64,000 bases of DNA, from positions 9,672,001 to 9,736,000 of the forward strand of contig NC_058368.1 in NCBI RefSeq assembly GCF_018350175.1, given 5' to 3'. This document shows, piece after piece, positions 50,407 to 62,084 of this stretch. The stretch comes from Felis catus. Its lineage: Eukaryota. The notes beneath the pieces were generated by a model that made no database searches, was not told where the DNA came from, and saw only the letters and a list, made by a program, of their open reading frames with translations. The translations under genes were made by a program, and so were the position numbers. Numbering within the stretch: the first letter of the stretch is position 1; the number at the start of each line of letters is the position of its first letter.

Positions 50407-50623
50407 TTTATGTTTTAAAGTTTATATATTTTTGCGAGAGGGAGAATGCACGCACGAGCAACGGAGCGGCAGAGAGAGAAGGAGAGAGAGAATCGCAAGC
50501 AGGCTCTGTGCTGACAGCGTGGAGCCCCACAAGGGGCTCAAACCCACAAACCGTTGAGATCGTGACCCCATGAGCCGAGAGCAAGAGTCAGACGCCCAGC
50601 AGACTGAACCACCCAGGTGCCCC
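50407..50623 (-). mobile_element. CAN-SINE
   Basis: Reverse SINE. Confidence 0.88.
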
Positions 50624-51057
50624 GTTTTAGGTTTTCCATAGAAAATATTTGGAGGCAAGTGGTTGTTGAATTTTGTTTTGTCCAACTATGGGTACATCCC
50701 AGAAAGGTTTGGTCTGCCCAGCTGGTTCAAGAGATCACGATGCTCCAGGTTCATGGCCAGATGCAGACAAAACTTCTGGGGTACGAGGTTCAGGGACTTT
50801 TCCTAATTGAGCATTTGGTGCCCGTAACGAAAAATGTTGACGGGATGTTGATTGAGGCTGTGAGTGCTCCCTTACTCATGATTCATCTGATGGAGCAGGA
50901 TGGCCAACGCGCTAAGTGGACCGACACACTCATTAATTTTTTAAAGAGGTTAATAATACACAGACAACGGTGGACAAATCCACTAGCAACCCACGTGCCT
51001 TCAAAGGCCCCCAGGACAAGATCGAAAGGATGAGACAACATTAATCTCATTCCAACG

Positions 51058-51472
51058 ATCAGCATTTTGACTTAACCTCCAGTTGGTTAGCAAATGTGCA
51101 GGACAGAATTAAATAATGTGTACTCCTGTAGTGATTTATATTCTAAATTACGCTCGTAATCCTAGCTGGTCCCCCAACAAATCCAATCTTCTGTAGGCTG
51201 TGGCTACAGGAGTCTGAAAAATCAAATTTTTACTAAATGAATTGGTCAAATCAATCCAGAGCTATCAGCATTTTTATTTAATACCCAGCTTCTTAGTAAA
51301 TGTGTAGACTGGAATTCATTAACGTGAACTTCTGTGGTAATGTATTATCTAAAAGTTTCCTGACACCCACTCCATCATAGCTGGTTTTCAGACAATTTAA
51401 TTTACTTGAGGCTATGGCCGTATAACTATAATGAATCAAACTTTTTCCTGAATTAATTGGTCAAATCAGTCA
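51058..51472. repeat. Diverged tandem duplication, ~206 bp unit
   Basis: Colinear blocks atcagcattt, ttag(c/t)aaatgtg, atc(c/a)tagctggt, ggct(g/a)tggc, aattggtcaaatca in both units. Confidence 0.8.
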
Positions 51473-51634
51473 ACACTTACGGATTCCGTGAAAAAGTAAG
51501 TGCGATTGAGTGGCTGACTTAAATGGCTAATGCAGCAAAATGAGTCACAGTATTAGCTCCTCAGACATGTTGCTTTAAGTGGATTTCAACTCTACCCCAC
51601 CGTTTGCCTTTTTGATCAGGACAAGACCACAAAG

Positions 51635-51785
51635 CACTGGTTCCCAGCGCTGGCTGTACGTTAGAGTCACCTGAGGAGTTTCCAAAACTTCCAAAGCCCA
51701 GGCCACGCCCAAGATCCATTAAATCAGGATCTTGGGGGTGGGACACAGGCTTCGGTACCTTTGTAAGCAACCCAGGTGATTGGGA
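51635..51785. mobile_element. MER5A1-like MITE
   Basis: ggctgtacgttagagtcacctgaggag...cccaggccacgccc...attaaatcaggatcttgggggtggg. Confidence 0.75.
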
Positions 51786-51920
51786 AGGACTGACCTCAAG
51801 TTCAAATAATTAGGGATGAAGTCACTATACTATGTTTTGCCTTATTAAGGTGAAGCCCAAGCTGGGGAAGGGGAAAAGGTAGCAATTATTATAAACTAAT
51901 AATTTATCATAACATTTGTT

Positions 51921-52147
51921 ATTATTATTTTTTTAAAATTTTTTTTAACGTTTATTTATTTTTGGGACAGAGAGAGACAGAGCATGAATGGGGGAGGGGC
52001 AGAGAGAGAGGGAGACAGAATCGGAAGCAGGCTCCAGGCTCTAAGCCATCAGCCCAGAGCCCGACGCGGGGCTCGAACTCACGGACCGCGAGATCGTGAC
52101 CTGAGCCGAAGTCGGACGCTCAACCGACTGAGCCACCCAGGCGCCCC
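51921..52147 (-). mobile_element. Felid SINE
   Basis: TSD tgttat(t/g)attattt. Confidence 0.93.
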
Positions 52148-52169
52148 ATGTTATGATTATTTTAAAGAG

Positions 52170-52370
52170 CGACAGCTAACGATTTATGAAGTTCTCACCA
52201 ACTGCGAAGCACCATGCCTGGCATTTTACACCGATTCTTTTACTAAATCCTCACGCACGCTAGTGAAACCTTAGGAAGTCAGTACCCGTCTAATTTGTGC
52301 CCGTCTTACAAAGGGGGAAACCGAGGCACAGGAGATGAGATATTTGCCCAAGGATACCCAAGTACCAGGG
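52170..52370 (-). mobile_element. MIR
   Basis: cccgtcttacaaagggggaaaccgaggcacag...ttgcccaagg. Confidence 0.7.
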
Positions 52371-53714
52371 AGCCCCGTGAGTGCCAGCACAAAGCCGTGT
52401 GACTGTGCTTGAATTGTTTTTCAAGACCAGTCACTTACAACTCTGTTTCTTTAGGTCTTGGGACTTCACTGTCTTCTCTCTTTGGGGCGTTGGGTTCTTT
52501 CACTTTTCTTTTGTTTCTGGATGCCAAGGCCTCTCCAAACAGTGCCCCAAAGCAATTTCTGGTGCCCCTGGGAGAGAGATAGGCCTGGCTCTATGGATAT
52601 CATAGGCAGAGGAGTTAATATTCCACAGTAAGCTCGCCTTCTGTCTCAGGGGGGTTTCGGGCATACTTAAAACACTCCCAAGCAGCAGGAAGGAAGCCTG
52701 AAACAAAACACCCACCTGGAAGAAACAGACATATGTGCTAAAGTGTGTTTAAAATTTAATTGAAAAAGAGTAAGAATTTAATGGGGCTTCCCATTCGTGG
52801 CAAATCATGTCATTTCATAATAGCATTGGTGTTGACCTGTCAACCTGTACGGGTTTGTTCGAAGTTTTTTTTTGTTTTTTTTTTGAGGCAGGTGCCCTAA
52901 ATAACGTGTATTAAATACCAGCTGAGTGCTTAACGTAGATGATAAACATCAGTGTGTTTTGTTTGCATAATGAAAAACCAAACAAAAAGAAGGAAGAAAG
53001 ATGAAAATACAGTATAATGTCACGGTCATTTGCAGCAGTTTCCTGTGACAATTACGAGGCGGGACACTCATTTCTGAATTATGTCTTTTTTCTCCTTTTC
53101 GCATAGAAGCTGAGCGAGGAGCAAAAACCGCCCTGAGCAGCTCCCCCAGGACCGAGGTCAGGGCAGAATCTGGGCCAATCTCAGTAGCTGTGTTTTTCCT
53201 TCAGTCCACTGACCTCAGGAGAGCGCGGTTTCTCCTTCCGAGGCCTCACTCACACCCAGCACGGCCCCCCTCCGGGCACAGGGAGTGAGGGCCCTGTCCC
53301 GCACCCCAGCGGGCCACTGCCCAGATGAGGCTGGCCCCCCAGCACCCACCCGGGGTTCCTGCCACCTTGCCCAGGCACCTCGGCCTCAAAAGGGACTGGG
53401 ACTCCCCTCCAGCACCAGGCAGGGCCTCAGAGGACACAGTCCGTGCCCTCGCGGAACGGTGGGTCTCACGGGGGTCAAACACCTGCCTCCCAGCTCAGCT
53501 GCCAGGCAGGCCTCTGTTTGGGGGCCGAGCTCACACTCGTGCAGATGCGCACGAACCTTGGAGAAGGGTGAAGCCCCTGGGTGTCAACCACGTTCTGCGT
53601 CCTCTTACCTCTCCCACTTTCCTTTGGGGAAATCTGACTGGGGCTGCGCATGACTGGGCCCATCTCGGCTCTGACTGTGTGTGGCAGACGAGGGGGTCTG
53701 TTTTCATTTCCTTT

Positions 53715-53720
53715 TATGCC

Positions 53721-53783
<63 letters not shown>

Positions 53784-53942
53784 CTTTGTCTCTTTCTCTT
53801 TTTCTTTCTTTTTCTTTCTTTTTTTCTTTCTCTCTTTCTTTCTCTTTTTCTTTCTCTTTCTTTTTCTCTCTCTCTTTTTCTTTCTTTTTCTTTCTTTCTC
53901 TCTCTCTTTTTCTTTCTTTCTCTCTTTTTCTTTCTTTTTCCT

Positions 53943-53987
<45 letters not shown>

Positions 53988-54290
53988 TTTCTTTCTCTTT
54001 TTCCTTCTTTCTCTCTCTTTTTCTTTCTTTTTCTTTCTTTTTCTTTCTTTCTCTTTCTTTCTTTCCTTCTTTCTTTCTTATTTTTTAAAGTTTATTTATT
54101 TATTTTGAGAGAGAGAGAGAGAGAGAAGGGGGAGGAGCAGAGAGAGCGGGAGAGAGAGAGAGAATTCCAAGCCGGTCCTGCCCTGTTGGTGCAGAGCCCG
54201 ATGCAGGACTTAAACTCACGCACCAGGAGATCGTGACCGGAGCCGAAACCAGGAGCCAGACACTCACCCCACTGAGCCACCCAGGTGCCA
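53715..54290 (-). mobile_element. CAN-SINE with ~360 bp (TTTC/TC)n expanded tail
   Basis: Pure pyrimidine tract ~53718-54079 contiguous with a reverse SINE. Confidence 0.88.
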
Positions 54291-54499
54291 CCCCCACCGC
54301 TTCCTTCTTTAAAGACAACTTGCCCATGGGGCCTTATGGATGATGCTTCTATTTTTAAGTTTAGGAAAATGGCCTGAGAAGCAAGTGAGTCTTGAGGCTC
54401 GGGGAAAACTCAGGTGGACGCAATTTTAAGGTGATAATGTAAAAAGCCTGAGCCGATCCTGAGGCGAAACGACCACGCACGGAGAGCACAGAGGGTTGG

Positions 54500-55200
54500 A
54501 TTTGATTCCCGGTTCCCTGTCGATTGCCTCTCCTCGGTCATGCCCGCCTTCGCCCCGGACGTGAGTGGTAACTATTGGCGGCAAGCGACCCCTGGGTCTG
54601 TGTCGAAGGTAAACAGAAAAACCCTTCTAGGCGCGCGTTTCTCCTCTTCTTCGCCTGCCTTCCGTCATCACGCGTGCACAAGTAAGAATTAAGAGCCATG
54701 CTCTGCCCTAGTGAGTGGGCCTAGATCAAGGAGGGTTGTGCCGGGGCGTGAGGAGGCCCCGGGCGGCCTGGTCCCCGCGGTGGCAGCGGCTGGCGGGCCT
54801 CCCGATCCCCAGCGGCAGCCGACCGTGGTATTTGCAGCTCTCTACATCCTGAGAGCTGGACAGAGGCCTCTCCTCGGAGGCCGTGAGTGAGACACGGCAG
54901 CGGAGAGTGGGGGGTGCGGGGGCGGGGGCACTGGGAAAACTGGGAGGACGGGCAGGGCCTTGAGGGACCAGGGGAAGGCCTGGGGAAGTTGGGCAACGGT
55001 GACCTGCAGGGTCCCCAGGGCCGGCCCCAGGGGGGTCACCACCGAGCAGAGCCTCTCCTCACCGCGCCCACTGGAGAGCTCCTAACGAAGTTGGCACGGG
55101 AACTACCCCCGTCCTGGATCTGCGGAGAGAACTTTCCAGACCCTCTAGCTAGCGCGCTCTCTCATTCACCCTGTTTTCTCACCTTCGCGGCCCTTAGGGG
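54500..55200 (+). promoter_or_regulatory. CpG island, possible alternative promoter/first exon
   Basis: CpG-dense; + strand donor-like GTGAGT at 54561, 54711 and 54883. Confidence 0.6.
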
Positions 55201-55576
55201 CCTCTGAGATTCTCCTTCCCGTGGATTCGTTCACTCGTTCGTTGTCTGTCTTCTCCATGAAACTAGAAGGCCGCAGAGGTGAAGGAGGCTTCGCGGGGTT
55301 TCTCTCGGAGTCTCTCTTGCTGGGCTCGTTTGTAAATGAACGAACGTCCCGAAGGAGGAAGCCGCCTACCGGCCCACCTCAGCTTCACGGTAGGCGGAGG
55401 TGTTGTGAGAAACCTGTGGAACGAAACTGGATTGATTTGGGGCTTAAAACGATTAATTCTTCGTGGGCTTATATCTTTTGCGACCCATAGCGTGGGACCT
55501 GACTAAATGCTAGTGGTCTTTACAGTCCTTCATTTGATGTGTGTCATCATCACTCCTTCACGTCATCTCACGTCAT

Positions 55577-55801
55577 TTAAAAAATTTTTTTTCATGTTTA
55601 TTTTTGAAGGAGAGAGAGAGAGAGAGAGGGAGAGTGTGAGTGGGGAAGGGGCAGAGAGAAGGGGAAACACAGAACCCAAAGCGGGCTCCGGGCCCTGAGC
55701 TGTCAGCACGGAGCCCGAAGCGGGGCTCGAACTCACGAGCCGCAAGATCGTGCCCTGAGCCGAAGTCGGACGCCCAACCGATGGAGCTACCCAGGCACCC
55801 C
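55577..55801 (-). mobile_element. CAN-SINE
   Basis: Reverse SINE. Confidence 0.9.
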
Positions 55802-56370
55802 TGGAAAATAGAAATCTTGTGCACAAGGACTTTGGCACAAAGGTAATGTGCCTAGAGATAGGGAACTGTGGATCTGACACCACCGCCTACAGAATTTTAG
55901 AGTCCAGAATTCAGGACAGGGTGAGGGGAGTGAGGCTACGACAGCCATTGATCTCTTTGGAGAAATCCGTAGGATGTGCATCGGCCCTAGAGGTACCTGA
56001 GGTCCTCACCAGCTACCTCAGTGGCCCGGGCACCTGTTTCTCTGGAGATTTGTGGCGGGAGAGGAAGGATCTGGTGGGATCAGCAGAACCTACCTGAGTA
56101 GAAAGGAGAGACCGGGGTCAGCCTTAACGCAGAATTTGCAGACCAGGGGACATTCTTTCTTACCTTGGACTCTCTCTCTCTCAAGGAAAAGACATTTGAG
56201 CGTTTGCCCTGCTTTGATCGTTTTTTGTTAGAAGTCACGGGAGACCAATTCAAGTGAGGGAGAGGACACCTCCACATAATAAAATCATACACTGACGGTA
56301 CCTCATGTACTTAAAGCAGCCGTATTTTGGTGACGGAATGTCTTTCAAAATCCTTGTATTTTAAAATACG

Positions 56371-56588
56371 AGGCGCCCGGGCGGCCCAGTCGGTTGAGCG
56401 TCCGACTCTGGATTTCAGCTCAGGTCGTGATCCCAGGGTTGTGGAATGATGGAGCCGGGCGTCGGGCTCGGCACAGAGCATGGAACCTGCTTGGGATTCT
56501 CTCTCCCTCTCCCTCTGCCCCTCCCCGACTCACAAACGCGCGCGCGCGCTCTCTCTCAAGTAAAATGAAAAAAAAAATTAAAAAAAAA
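56371..56588 (+). mobile_element. CAN-SINE
   Basis: Flanked by ccttgtat; contains (CG)6. Confidence 0.88.
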
Positions 56589-57162
56589 CCTTGTATAAAA
56601 AATTGAAAGACTTCTTCATCCTGGGTGTGAACTTAGACTGCAACGGTAATTTTGACCAGCCTCATCATGAAAATATTTTGCTAGTTTATGTCTTAAAAAT
56701 CTTCCTCGGACTTTCTCCTCTTAACTCCCTGGAGTGACACCGGATGGGTTCTATTTTACGTTTTGAGCCAAAATTGGGTGCTGGGAAAGCATCCAGAGTA
56801 GATGATAAGCTGTCATCTGACAATTTCTATGACTTACCTGCCTGCCGGAATTAGAGAGACCAGAAACTTTATGGAGAGCCACACGCCTGAGCCCTCAGGA
56901 GAAAGAGTAACAGTTTTAGGAATTTCTTTGAATTTCTAAAAACCAGCAGAAGTTACCCCCATAAAGTCTATTGCGGTGAAATCACAACATGTCGCACCTA
57001 GCAGCCACTTGCCTACCTCTGGAAAAAATGATTCTAGATTTTTCCCCTGGGATGTGGATCCAAAGGGCTGTTCCATCTCAAAGGAAGTGCTTTGATTGGC
57101 TACTCAGTGAGTCTCTTCCATCAAGGGAATGTTAACAGCTGTAGAAAATATTCCCTGGCACA

Positions 57163-57372
57163 TGGGCCCCTGGGAGGCTCAGTCGGCGAAGCGTCCGGCT
57201 TCGGCTCAGGTCATGATCTCACGGGACTTGGGTTCGAGCCCCTCGTCGGGCTCTGTGCTGACAGCTCAGAACCTGGAGCCTGCTTCGGGTTTTGTGTCTC
57301 CCTCCGTCTCTGCCCCTCCCCCGCTCATGCTCTGTGTCTCTCTGTCTCTCCAAGATAAATAGATGTTAAAAT
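57163..57372 (+). mobile_element. CAN-SINE
   Basis: Flanked by atattccctgg. Confidence 0.9.
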
Positions 57373-57831
57373 ATGTATATTCCCTGGAACAGGTCCTGCA
57401 TAGTCAGTTACCTGGGAGCTCCCGCTGGAGCTGTGGCCCGCCGTACCTCTGGCCATCATCTCTGGCCCACATGTTGTCCCCTAACCTGCCAAAGCTTGAC
57501 TAGAATATCCCCAAACTCCCATCTCCTATCACTGGCTCCTCGACAAGTCCATGTAGTTACCACATGCCTTACTCTTTCTTGTCTACAAGTCTAAATAAGA
57601 AGCCAAGTCACATGTTAAACTCTGACATGAGCATTTATTCATTTTTTTTTTCATCTTTTCATCCTAATTTGATGGCGGGGGCATGAGAGCTGGTAAAGAT
57701 ATATTTTGAGATTTATTTCTGTTTGTAATGGTAGTTTCTTAATAATTTTTCCCACTGGAAAGAAGAGCTATTTATAATAACGCAAAATGGAAATATTCTT
57801 ATGATTTGTTTTTAGGGAGGTTTTAACATTC

Positions 57832-58044
57832 TTTAAAAAAATTTTTTTTTTAATGTTTATTTTTGAGAGAGAGACAAAGTGTGAGCAGAGGAGGAACAGA
57901 GAGAGGGAGACACAGAGTCCGAAGCAGGCTCCAGGCTCTGAGCCATCAGCACAGAGCCTGATGCGGGGCTCAAACTCACGAACTGTGAGATCATGACCTG
58001 GGCGGAAGTCGGATGCCTAACCGACTGAGCCACCCAGGTGCCCC
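57832..58044 (-). mobile_element. CAN-SINE
   Basis: TSD ttaacatt. Confidence 0.92.
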
Positions 58045-58291
58045 ATTAACATTATTATTAATAATAGCCTACTAAGACAGCTTGGCCCTAAATGTGAGAA
58101 AAAATTAGATTTGGCCTAACAATGAAGACAAAGCAAAAAATAATAGTAAACAAACTGCATCTTTTGTTTTTTTTCAGGTTAGTTGATTCTTAACTGCAAT
58201 TCTTTAAAAACCCCTAAGACCTGAACGTTTAATTTTTTGAAAACCGTCATATGTTTACAATAGAGCTATTGTGCAACAACATATCTCTAAA

Positions 58292-58523
58292 TTTTATTTT
58301 ATTTATTTATTTTTTTCAACGTTTATTTATTTATTTTTGGGACAGAGAGAGACAGAGCATGAACGGGGGAGGGGCAGAGAGAGAGGGAGACACAGAATCG
58401 GAAACAGGCTCCAGGCTCTGAGCCATCAGCCCAGAGCCTGACGCGGGGCTCGAACTCACGGACCGCGAGATCATGACCTGGCTGAAGTCGGACGCTTAAC
58501 CGACTGCGCCACCCAGGCGCCCC
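58292..58523 (-). mobile_element. Young felid SINE (SINEC_Fc-like)
   Basis: TSD tatctctaaatttta. Confidence 0.95.
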
Positions 58524-58760
58524 TATCTCTAAATTTTAAAAACAGAATCCATTTTATTTCTAAAGGTCCATTATAATTATCTATAGAAGCTCAGTGCATA
58601 AAAATTCATGACATCAGGTTTCGGAATGTTGATCTCTAAAGTTTAGGTTCTTGAAAGAAACATGAAACTTCTACTACTTTGCAGGTTTGATCTATATAGT
58701 GTCAAGTCCAATACTCATCAATGTATGAAATGGATTCCTAGGGGACTGACTAGAGGATGA

Positions 58761-58789
58761 TTTTTTTTTCTTAACATTTATTTATCCCT

Positions 58790-58839
<50 letters not shown>

Positions 58840-59029
58840 CAGACAGAGACAGACAGACATAACATGAGCGGGGGAAGGGCAGAGTGAGAGAGGGACACAG
58901 AATCGGAAGCAGGCTCCAGGCTCCTAGCTGTCAGCACAGAGCCTGATGTGGGGCTCGAACTCACGAGCCGTGAGACCATGACCTGAGCCGAAGTCGGATG
59001 CTTCACTGACTGAACCACCCAGGCACCCC
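58761..59029 (-). mobile_element. CAN-SINE
   Basis: Reverse SINE with expanded (GA/GACA)n. Confidence 0.9.
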
Positions 59030-59614
59030 TACGAGATGAGCTTTTTATAATTAATGCAATTTAATGTTGATCTGTTGGCCACCATTCGCTAAGATGGACT
59101 CCCCAGAAAAATTGGAGATCTACGTCTTGGTCTTAAACCATGGGTGAAAATACGGCTTGCCTTATTTAAAGAAAAGAACTCTGATACAAATGATTAATTA
59201 GCATGTTTTGGAAATTATGTAGATTATTGTTAAGAACAGTGATACAGTGAAATGAAAAGCAAGAAAGCTCTAGGGCTTTTGCAAAATTGTCGGTTTTTCC
59301 ACGCATTCCCATTGATCTACACGTTCTCCTTTTGTAGTCCTGCAATTACTTGGATATAAAAGCTCTTTCTGTTAATCTTCAACCTGAAAAGTAGTAAAAT
59401 AACAGAAGTATAAAGGGGAATGGACATTTCAACCCAATGGCTCTCCAGGCTTTTCAGGCTTTTCATCTGCTGGCTTTTGAAGGTTTAGCCCTTTCACAAT
59501 TTCCCCCACTTCTATAGGCTTGAACCTTTATAAAACCTTAGAGACCATGACCCTACTCTGTATCCCTTATATGTAAAAATTGTCTGAATAGCCCCCCCCC
59601 TTTTTTTTTTAAGT

Positions 59615-59965
59615 TATTACATTTGGGTGAAAACTTTCTGGAGGCAGCTTGGTAAAACTCCCCAAATTTGGCTCATCCTTTGCTTCAGCAATTTCACTTT
59701 GAGGAATATATTTACACAGCCCACGAAATAATCATGGGTACAGAGGTACGCGTGTAAGGAGAGGATAGTCATCTTAGCCTTATTCACAACAGTAAAAAAT
59801 CGGAAACTACACAAATGTCTAATGACTAATGAGATTAACTGGATGATTTATAGGATTTTACATTTATTCAGTGGGATACCACGCAGGCACTAAAAAGAAT
59901 GCAGAACAGCAATAGCTCATGACATTAACTTCTGTTGAAGACGGACTGTTAAGCAAAAAAGGAAT
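59615..59965 (+). mobile_element. Ancient L1 fragment (L1ME-like)
   Basis: actttctggaggcagcttgg...cagcaatttcactttgaggaatatat...ttattcacaacagtaaaaaatcggaaac. Confidence 0.65.
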
Positions 59966-60171
59966 ATGTCACCATTTTTATAAAACAAAAGTATCTATAC
60001 AACCACCAAAGACAACCCGATTTAAAAATGGGCAATGGCCTTGAATTAGAGAGTTTTCCAAAGGTAGACAATGGCCGACAAGCAATGAGAAGAGGCTCAA
60101 CATCATTAATAATTGGGGAAATGTGAACCCAAACCACAATGATGTTACTTCACACCCACTAGCATGGCTAT

Positions 60172-60209
60172 AAAGAAAGAAAGAAAGAGAGGAAGAAAGA
60201 AAGAAAGAA

Positions 60210-60249
<40 letters not shown>

Positions 60250-60337
60250 GGGAGAAAGAAAAAGAAGAGAGGGAGAAATGAAGGAAGAAAAGGAAGAAAG
60301 AAAAAGAAAAAGAAAGGAGAGGGAGAAAGGAAGGAAG

Positions 60338-60376
<39 letters not shown>

Positions 60377-60572
60377 AAAAAGGGAGAAAGAAAGGAAGGA
60401 AGAAGATAGGGAGAAAGAAAGAAAAGAGAAAGAGAAAGAAGGGAGGGAGAAAGGAAGGAAAAAAAAGGAAGGAAGGAAGACAAAAGACAGGGAGAAAGAA
60501 AAGGAAGGAAGGAAGAAAGGGAGAGGGAGAGAGGAAGGAAAGAAGGAAAGGCAGAAAGGAAGGAGGAAAGAA
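60172..60572 (+). repeat. ~400 bp (GAAA/GGAA)n polypurine tract
   Basis: Direct reading. Confidence 0.95.
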
Positions 60573-61164
60573 ACATGGGAAATGTTGAAGAGGTTGTGCA
60601 GAAATTGGAACACTTCTACATCACTATAGGGAATGTAAAATGGTTCAGCTGCTGTGGATGAGTTTGGTGGTCCCTCAAGCAGTTAAACACAGAACTACCA
60701 TACGATCCGGCAATTCCACTCCTAGGTATACACCCCGAAGAGTTGAAAATAGGGATTCCACCATATAGTGTCCACATATCATAGCAGCACTAGTCACAGT
60801 GGCCAAAGGGGAACAGGCTCAGGGGCCGCCAGTGGACGAGTGGCTAAACGAATTGTGAAACATACACACCGGGGAACATTCAGCTGTAAAAAGGAATGAA
60901 GCACAGATTCATACTACAATGCGGACAAACCTTGAAAACGTTATGCTAAGTGAACGGAGCCAGACACGGAAGGCCACACGTGATTGAATTTGTGGGAAAT
61001 ATCCAGAAGAGGTAAATCCATAGAGATGATGCAGGCTGGTGTCTCCCAAATGCTAAAGGGGAGGGGTAATAGGTATGAGATCTCCTTTTGGGGTGATGAA
61101 AACGTCTGGAACTAGACAGGCGGTGGTCGTACAATACTGTGAATGTACTAAATGCCACTGAATT

Positions 61165-61389
61165 GGGGCGCCTGGGTGGCGCAGTCGGTTAAGCGTCCGA
61201 CTTCAGCCAGGTCACGATCTCGCGGTCTGTGAGTTCGAGCCCCGCGTCAGGCTCTGGGCTGATGGCTCGGAGCCTGGAGCCTGTTTCCGATTCTGTGTCT
61301 CCCTCTCTCTCTGCCCCTCCCCCGTTCATGCTCTGTCTCTCTCTGTCCCAAAAATAAATAAACGTTGAAAAAAAAAATTAAAAAAAAAA
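61165..61389 (+). mobile_element. Young felid SINE (SINEC_Fc-like)
   Basis: TSD aaatgccactgaatt. Confidence 0.95.
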
Positions 61390-61421
61390 TGCCACTGAAT
61401 TATTCACTTTAAAATGTTTCA

Positions 61422-61596
61422 TTAAAAAAATTTTTTTTAATGTTTTTGAGAGAGAGAGACACACACAGAATCCAAAGCAGGCTCCAGGCTCTGAACTGTC
61501 AGCACAGAACCCGACGTGGGGCTTGAACCCCAAACCATGAGATCATGACCTGAGCTGAAGCTGGACGCTTAACTGCCTCAGCCACCCAGGTGCCCC
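61422..61596 (-). mobile_element. CAN-SINE
   Basis: TSD ttaaaatgttt. Confidence 0.88.
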
Positions 61597-61884
61597 TTAA
61601 AATGTTTAATTTTATGTTATGTGAATCTCACCTCGATTTTTAAAATTATAATTATATATATTCAATTAATTAACTCTACGCCAATGTTATATATAAAAAA
61701 TTAGAAGGGCACACAGTATATTAAGTCTGACTAGTAGTATTGTAGATTTTAATTTTCTTGCTTGTTATCTTTTAGTGAATGCAAATTTCATTCATTATAA
61801 GGGGAAACAGTTTTTCAAAAGTCCTTGCAGTGTGCAGTGTATTGCATTCCGTCCTTCTACTTGTATAAGCTCATGTTGCAATTC

Positions 61885-62084
61885 TTTTTGTTTGTTTTTG
61901 TTTTATTTTTGAGAGCACGCAAACGGAGTGGGGGAAGGGCAGAGAGAGAGAGGAGGACAGAGGATCCGAAGCAGGCTCTTCGCTGACAGCCAGCGAGCCC
62001 CACGCGGGGCTCGAACCCACAAACCGTGAGATTGTGACCTAGGCCCAAGTCAGACACTCCACTGACGGAGCCACCCAGGCGCCC
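61885..62084 (-). mobile_element. CAN-SINE
   Basis: TSD tgcaattctt. Confidence 0.9.

Larger units (their letters stand above)
60001..61645 (+). mobile_element. Old L1 3' region (L1MB-like), interrupted by a GA tract and two SINEs
   Basis: aaaaatgggcaa...cacacccactagcatggcta...gaactaccatacgatccggcaattccactcctaggtatacacc. Confidence 0.85.

Noticed and set aside
50617..51033. 138 aa + ORF with a faint LGYEV resemblance to mariner transposase
   Set aside because: Starts inside a SINE at a non-ATG codon; no flanking DD34D motifs; the antisense frame has stops; resemblance too short
53325..54236. 303 aa Phe/Leu/Ser-rich ORF resembling a membrane protein
   Set aside because: Translation of the (TTTC)n microsatellite plus SINE
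59978..60613. 211 aa Phe/Ser/Leu-rich ORF
   Set aside because: Translation of the GA-rich tract inside an L1
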